Of a stretch of DNA of 64,000 nt, positions 59,055 to 64,000 are shown in pieces. This stretch comes from Candidatus Latescibacterota bacterium (GTDB lineage Bacteria; Latescibacterota; UBA2968; SICM01), in NCBI GenBank assembly GCA_965217865.1, contig CBDCJO010000002.1, positions 4,864,001-4,928,000 of the forward strand. The letters run 5' to 3'. Below the pieces are notes generated by a model. The model searched no databases and was not told the DNA's origin. It was given only the letters and a program-made list of their open reading frames with translations. Each line of letters starts with the position of its first letter. Position 1 is the stretch's first letter. A program made the position numbers and the translations under genes.

Positions 59055-60771
59055 GCGAAGAAACCATGGGACTACCATCAGGGAATCAAATCGAAAGCCA
59101 GATCGTTGTTGTTTCGGATTTCGGTTTCTTTGCAACGGATTCTTGATCTTAGTCCTGATCATCCTGTTGTCCTCGCCCGTCTCGGCCTACACCTTCCTGG
59201 TTGTGGACGAGACCGACGACGGGCCTGCCGCCTATCGATGGGACCCTAAAGAAAAAGTGGAATATCTGGTGGACGCGGGGAATCTGAGCCCGTCTATCAA
59301 TAACGCCGACGGGGTGAACCTTATCCAGAGCGCCTTCGATCGATGGGAAAATGGGACATGGAACGGCCGGAAGGTCATGGATCTGGATATAAGCTACGCT
59401 GGATTAACAAACATTGAAATTACGAGGAATAATTTTGAACTGTTCGAGGGGCAATCGGTCATCATCTTTGACAGAGATGGCTCGATCATCGATGCCCTGC
59501 TGGGAGGTGGAAGCTTTGTACTCGGTTTCGCGGAGGTGACAAACGTTGACGACGGGGAGGGAACTATTACGGCCGCCCGCGCTTTCTTTAACGGCACGAC
59601 CGCGGACAGGGCGGATCTGGGGGACTTCGAAGCGACCGTCGTCCACGAGTTGGGGCACTTCCTGGGTTTGGGGCACACCTATGTCGCCCAGGAGTTATTG
59701 AACGGGAACCCTTCTGATGACGGGCCGATACCGACGATGTATCCGACGAGCCTGGACGACGATACACACATGCGGACGCCTGAGTTGGATGACCTCGCGG
59801 GCATGGGCGATCTTTACGGATCGACGGAATTCCGGATGGAACTGGGTATTCTCGCGGGGAATGCCTCCTGGCCAGAGGATCTGCCGGTGCTTGGTGGGCA
59901 CGTCGAGGCGAGAAACCTGTCCGAAACCGGGATCCGGATCGGCGTTATTACGGGCTATCTGCAGGATGGGACCGGAAGTTATCGTATGGTGGGCTTACCG
60001 CCCGGGGATTACAAGGTGACGCTCGAGGCGATCCCGTTTAGTTTCGAAGGCGCATCCGTCATCGGACAGTATGATCCGCCGCTCCGGGATCTATTTCCGA
60101 CCTTGACTCATAAAACGCCGTCGGATACCTCGGACTTTACGACGGTCACCGTGTCAGCGGACAAGGTTTCGACCGTAGATTTTGTCATTCCCGAAGAGAA
60201 CTCAGGCTTCACGGTCGATCGGTTCTCAAGACTCAGTCCGATCTCTCTTGACGACGATGAGGTCACGACAGACACCCTGATGGTACCAAGGGAGATAATG
60301 ATCTCAGACTTTAAGGTCTTTTTAGACATCGTACACACGTACATCGGGGATCTCAAGATCAGTCTCACATCCCCTTCAGGGCGGACGGTTCTCCTGGTCT
60401 CGCAAGTGGGATTTTCCGGCAACCTGATCGAGACGACGTTTACACGGGAGAAGGTGCCGGCACTTTCGGGGTTTATAGATGAAGGCGCTGAGGGGACGTG
60501 GACCCTGGCCGTTGCGGACACGGCGCCTGAGGATGTGGGCACGCTTCGAAGGTGGTGGATCACGATCCTGAGCGAGGGGGCGACGACGCTCCAATCGGAC
60601 TTTAATTCGGACGGAGAGGTGGACCTGGATGATTTCTTCCTGTTTGCTGCGGTCTTCGGAACGGAGACGGGGGAGGCGGGGTTCGATCCGAAGTTCGACC
60701 TGAGCGTTAACGGAAAAATCGACTTCGACGACTTTTTTATGTTTGCGGCGAATTTTGGAAAAAAGGTTTAA
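59044..60771 (+). CDS. Matrixin-like metalloprotease with P-domain and C-terminal EF-hand/dockerin-like pair
   Basis: HELGHFLGLGH, Met-turn PTMYP, HTYIGDLKISLTSPSG, DFNSDGEVDLDDFF and DLSVNGKIDFDDFF. Confidence 0.88.
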   Translation: MVNKRRNHGTTIRESNRKPDRCCFGFRFLCNGFLILVLIILLSSPVSAYTFLVVDETDDGPAAYRWDPKEKVEYLVDAGNLSPSINNADGVNLIQSAFDRWENGTWNGRKVMDLDISYAGLTNIEITRNNFELFEGQSVIIFDRDGSIIDALLGGGSFVLGFAEVTNVDDGEGTITAARAFFNGTTADRADLGDFEATVVHELGHFLGLGHTYVAQELLNGNPSDDGPIPTMYPTSLDDDTHMRTPELDDLAGMGDLYGSTEFRMELGILAGNASWPEDLPVLGGHVEARNLSETGIRIGVITGYLQDGTGSYRMVGLPPGDYKVTLEAIPFSFEGASVIGQYDPPLRDLFPTLTHKTPSDTSDFTTVTVSADKVSTVDFVIPEENSGFTVDRFSRLSPISLDDDEVTTDTLMVPREIMISDFKVFLDIVHTYIGDLKISLTSPSGRTVLLVSQVGFSGNLIETTFTREKVPALSGFIDEGAEGTWTLAVADTAPEDVGTLRRWWITILSEGATTLQSDFNSDGEVDLDDFFLFAAVFGTETGEAGFDPKFDLSVNGKIDFDDFFMFAANFGKKV

Positions 60772-60902
60772 TGTGTATTTCTTGAGAAGTGAAACATATA
60801 TATTCGACTGGGGATAAAACTTGACTTCGTTATGTCAAAGGCCTACTTTCTTAGAACTCTATACAGGCTAAAAGCCTTTCATATTTAGGATTGAACAAAG
60901 AG

Positions 60903-61052
60903 ATGACCGATTACACTACATTCTATCACGAGACGAGGCCGATGGCCGGTCTGACCAGGGGCGTATGCCTGCTTATGGATTGGACCGCGGACCAGGCTAA
61001 TTCAACTATCGTTACTGTCCACGATAGGAAACGACGGTGGGTGGGTCACTAG
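60903..61052 (+). CDS. Putative 49-aa leader peptide
   Basis: MTDYTTFYHETRPMAGLTRGVCLLMDWTADQANSTIVTVHDRKRRWVGH; downstream of TTGACT-N17-TACTTT (60821-60849); overlaps the antiterminator strand. Confidence 0.5.
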   Translation: MTDYTTFYHETRPMAGLTRGVCLLMDWTADQANSTIVTVHDRKRRWVGH

Positions 61053-61076
61053 GATAACCTGAAAATCCAGTAATCG

Positions 61077-61113
61077 AACCCGCCGTCGAGTCAGATTCGA
61101 CGGCGGGTTTTTT
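61077..61113 (+). terminator. Strong intrinsic terminator (attenuator) immediately before the GNAT start
   Basis: 13-bp perfect stem AACCCGCCGTCGA/TCGACGGCGGGTT with a T6 tract. Confidence 0.85.
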
Positions 61114-61114
61114 A

Positions 61115-61693
61115 ATGGTGGATATATTGAAACGACACGACATCACACTTCAGTGCGAGTTAACCGTCTTACGCCCAATGTCGGAGGGTGATTGGGAACG
61201 CCTTCTGCGTTGGAATAACGATCCCGAGGTGCTATATTTCGCCGAAGGTGATGAGGTCATTGATCGAAGCGCGGATGAAGTCAGAAAGTTGTATCGTTCG
61301 GTGTGCAGGAATGCCTTCTGCTTTATGATTGTGTATAAAGGCGTACCGATCGGCGAGTGCTGGCTGCAGAAGATGAACCTGGAGAGAATCCTTAAGGCTC
61401 ATCCCGGTATGGACTGCAGGCGGATCGACCTGATGATCGGTGAAAAGGATTTTTGGGGACAAGGTATCGGAACTCAGGCAATCGAACTGCTCACCAGTTT
61501 CGGATTTGAAGAGGAAGGGGCAGACGTGATCTTCGGCTGTGACGTTGCGGACTACAATCCAAGAAGCATCAAGGCGTTTCAAAGGGTGGGGTTTGAAGTC
61601 TGTAATGAAGTCAGGCAAACTCAAGGGAGCAAGGCCGAGTCGTGTTATGACCTGATCCTGACACGTGAAAAATATATGCAGAAAGGGATTTGA
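61115..61693 (+). CDS. GNAT N-acetyltransferase (RimJ/AAC(6')-like)
   Basis: LRPM..D, W.NDPEV, IDLMIGEKDFWGQGIGT, N.RSIKAFQRVGF. Confidence 0.9.
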   Translation: MVDILKRHDITLQCELTVLRPMSEGDWERLLRWNNDPEVLYFAEGDEVIDRSADEVRKLYRSVCRNAFCFMIVYKGVPIGECWLQKMNLERILKAHPGMDCRRIDLMIGEKDFWGQGIGTQAIELLTSFGFEEEGADVIFGCDVADYNPRSIKAFQRVGFEVCNEVRQTQGSKAESCYDLILTREKYMQKGI

Positions 61694-61763
61694 AAGTCGG
61701 ATATGGGTGGGACTGAATCTTGAGCCTCCAAAATTCCACCCGTGATCAACTGAGGGAGGTATT

Positions 61764-62771
61764 ATGGAAAAATCAAAAAAGAAGGTCCATTGGGGCATTC
61801 TCGGTACCGCGAACATCGCAAAAAAAGTTGGGCGGGCGATCCACCGGGCAAAAGGGACTGAATTGACCGCCATCGCCAGCCGTGACGAGGTCCGCGCCCG
61901 GAACTGGGCGGCCGACCACGATGTGGATCGTGCATACGGGAGCTACGACGCCCTCCTGGACGATGCGGAAATAGATGCTGTTTACATCCCCCTGCCGCCG
62001 TCCATGCACCTGGAATGGACGGCCAAAGCGGCTGAAAGGGGCAAACACGTCCTCTGTGAAAAGCCCCTGGCGGCGAATGCCGAAGAGGCGCTTGCCATGG
62101 CCGAGGTCTGCAAAAAGAACGATGTGCAGTTGATGGACGGTGTCATGTGGATGCATCACGAACGCGCAGAGATGATGAAGAAGGCCGTCGTCGACGGCGC
62201 GCTGGGGGAGCTGCGACGTGTGACCTCGGCTTTCTCCTTTAACTGGGGGGAGCTTCCTGTTGACAACATCAGGATGAAACGAGAGCTCGCGGGCGGGTGT
62301 CTCGGTGACCTGGGTTATTATTGCCTGCGCGCCATCCTCTGGACTTTTGGCGACCTACCAACCAGCGTTTACGCCACCGCCCGTTTTTTAAACGATGTGG
62401 AATTCAATCTGTCGGGAGTTCTCTGGTTTCGAGACAAACGGATGGCATCCTTCGACAGCGCCTTCGATACGACGAGCAGGCAATGGTTCGAGGTCGCAGG
62501 GGATGCGGGTTCTCTTGTGTGCGACGATTTCGTGGTTCCCAAAAGCGAAAAGAAGGCGAGGTTCTGGATTCACGGAAAAGGTGACGAAGATGGGAAACGA
62601 GAGGTCAAAGGCTGTGTCCAGGAGGTGCGGATGATCGAAAAATTCTCTCGCATCGTGCAAACCGGACAGCTCGAAGAGAGATGGCCGAGGATGGCGATCG
62701 AAACCATGCAGGTGTACGATGCGCTGCTTAAATCGGCAGGTGAGGAAAAAAGGGTGGAGATGGGGGGGTAG
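61764..62771 (+). CDS. Gfo/Idh/MocA family oxidoreductase
   Basis: WGILGTANIA, VYIPLP, HVLCEKP, GGCLGDLGYY. Confidence 0.92.
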   Translation: MEKSKKKVHWGILGTANIAKKVGRAIHRAKGTELTAIASRDEVRARNWAADHDVDRAYGSYDALLDDAEIDAVYIPLPPSMHLEWTAKAAERGKHVLCEKPLAANAEEALAMAEVCKKNDVQLMDGVMWMHHERAEMMKKAVVDGALGELRRVTSAFSFNWGELPVDNIRMKRELAGGCLGDLGYYCLRAILWTFGDLPTSVYATARFLNDVEFNLSGVLWFRDKRMASFDSAFDTTSRQWFEVAGDAGSLVCDDFVVPKSEKKARFWIHGKGDEDGKREVKGCVQEVRMIEKFSRIVQTGQLEERWPRMAIETMQVYDALLKSAGEEKRVEMGG

Positions 62772-62875
62772 GAAATGAAAAATGAAAAATGAAAATTGAG
62801 AAATAAGCTTCCTCACTACCTCCAAAGTTGCCAAGCAGATTCAACGACGATCCTAAAGAGATCCAGATTTGAGAT

Positions 62876-63646
62876 ATGTATCTGTTTACCGACACAGACC
62901 TTGCCACTCAGCGGCTGAAATACCTCGCTGAAGTTTATGAAAAATCCACGCGTGAATTTGTTGTCGATGTGATCAAGCATCATCCCCAGTTGCTTTTGGA
63001 CCTTGGGTGTGGTCCGGGATTTACCACGCATCTTTTGGCGGAATTGACTCGATGCGATCGGGCTGTGGGGATTGATAATTCAGAACATTTCATCAAGTTG
63101 GCGGAACAAACCCGGACGGACCGGGTTGATTTCTGTCTTCACGACGTCACGTCCGTCCCATTTCCAATGACCCCGTGTGACGTTCTCTTTTGCCGGTATC
63201 TCCTGACCCATTTGAAGAATCCTCTGGACCTAATCGAAAAGTGGAGCACCCAGTTGGGCCCTACAGGGCTCCTGGTGATAGAAGAGGTGGATTGGATTCA
63301 TTCGGAGAATGAGATATATATCAGCTATCTCAATATCGTAGAAGCGATGCTCGCGGATCAATCTAGCTCGCTTTATGTAGGGCCGGTGATTAACGGACTG
63401 GAAGGCACGGATCTTCTGAAGAAACAATCCAGCCGAGTCGGGAGCCTGGCCGTTTCGAACCGTCAAGCGGCCAATTTATTCCATCTGAATATCCAATCCT
63501 GGAGGCATCAGTCTTTCATAAGGACTCACTATCGGATGGAGATGATCGATGGACTGGAAAGAGACTTGAAAATCCTGGCCGAAGATTCAGGCCAGGTGAG
63601 CGAAATTGAATGGGGCTTGAGGCAACTCGTGTTTGAACGAATATGA
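62876..63646 (+). CDS. Class I SAM-dependent methyltransferase
   Basis: LDLGCGPG, GIDNS, R..L.HL, L.P.G.L. Confidence 0.88.
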   Translation: MYLFTDTDLATQRLKYLAEVYEKSTREFVVDVIKHHPQLLLDLGCGPGFTTHLLAELTRCDRAVGIDNSEHFIKLAEQTRTDRVDFCLHDVTSVPFPMTPCDVLFCRYLLTHLKNPLDLIEKWSTQLGPTGLLVIEEVDWIHSENEIYISYLNIVEAMLADQSSSLYVGPVINGLEGTDLLKKQSSRVGSLAVSNRQAANLFHLNIQSWRHQSFIRTHYRMEMIDGLERDLKILAEDSGQVSEIEWGLRQLVFERI

Positions 63647-63659
63647 TTGAAGTTTCATT

Positions 63660-64000
63660 ATGTTAAATATGAAGAACTCGCTGACACAATTTTACGATCG
63701 ACTTGCCGAGGACTACCATCTCATTTATCAGGACTGGGATCAGGCCATTCATCGACAAGCCCGGGCGCTGGACAACATCATTCAGGATCGTTTCAATGCA
63801 TCAAAAAGATCGTTATCCGTTCTAGACTGTTCCTGCGGCATCGGGACGCAGTCGATCGGTTTGGCTCTGCTCGGGTACAGGGTTCGCGGGACAGACTTGA
63901 GCACAAAAGCCGTTGAACGTGCGAGGAAGGAAGCGAACCGGTTGGGGGCTGTCCTTACTTTTGATGCGGCTGAAATTTGTGAGCTTGAGGACCGTATCGA
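63660..64000 (+). CDS. Class I SAM-dependent methyltransferase (runs off the window; absent from the ORF track)
   Basis: Manual translation: FYDRLAEDYHLIYQDW..VLDCSCGIGTQSIGLALLGYRVRGTDLS. Confidence 0.85.
   Translation, partial: MLNMKNSLTQFYDRLAEDYHLIYQDWDQAIHRQARALDNIIQDRFNASKRSLSVLDCSCGIGTQSIGLALLGYRVRGTDLSTKAVERARKEANRLGAVLTFDAAEICELEDRI

Noticed and set aside
63647-63916. 89-aa ORF from the track
   Set aside because: The overlapping frame from 63660 encodes a clear methyltransferase motif I and is the real gene.

Overview
Gene-dense chromosomal window of a free-living diderm heterotroph. The GWxTD protein, C-terminal paired EF-hand/dockerin-like motif, PhyH, Gfo/Idh/MocA and BNR paralogues, and heptamer-rich intergenic DNA suggest Candidatus Latescibacterota or a relative (inference). 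Content: sthA, ybaK-lutABC, sugar epimerases, a BNR/PcRGLX-like/GH-like glycan cluster, two paralogous GHL10-like proteins, a PmoA-like/PhyH/FAD oxidase/DapA-family catabolic operon, hydantoinase A/B, a TonB receptor with a PQQ dehydrogenase, rhodanese, pfkA, a matrixin protease, and GNAT/methyltransferase genes. Mobile DNA: IS1380, IS1595, and an IS200/RAYT-derived miniature element with related units at two loci. Signals the ORF track misses: (i) a leader-peptide/antiterminator/terminator attenuator before the GNAT gene; (ii) a probable selenoprotein (WASW-UGA-GC plus SECIS-like hairpin); (iii) two candidate structured RNAs, one GGA-rich; (iv) a LexA-like box in the promoter of an SplB-like radical SAM gene; (v) modular heptamer-repeat intergenic elements; (vi) several small indel frameshifts, mostly in homopolymers, which may be assembly errors. 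No rRNA, tRNA or CRISPR array was seen. All calls come from reading the sequence; no database searches were run.
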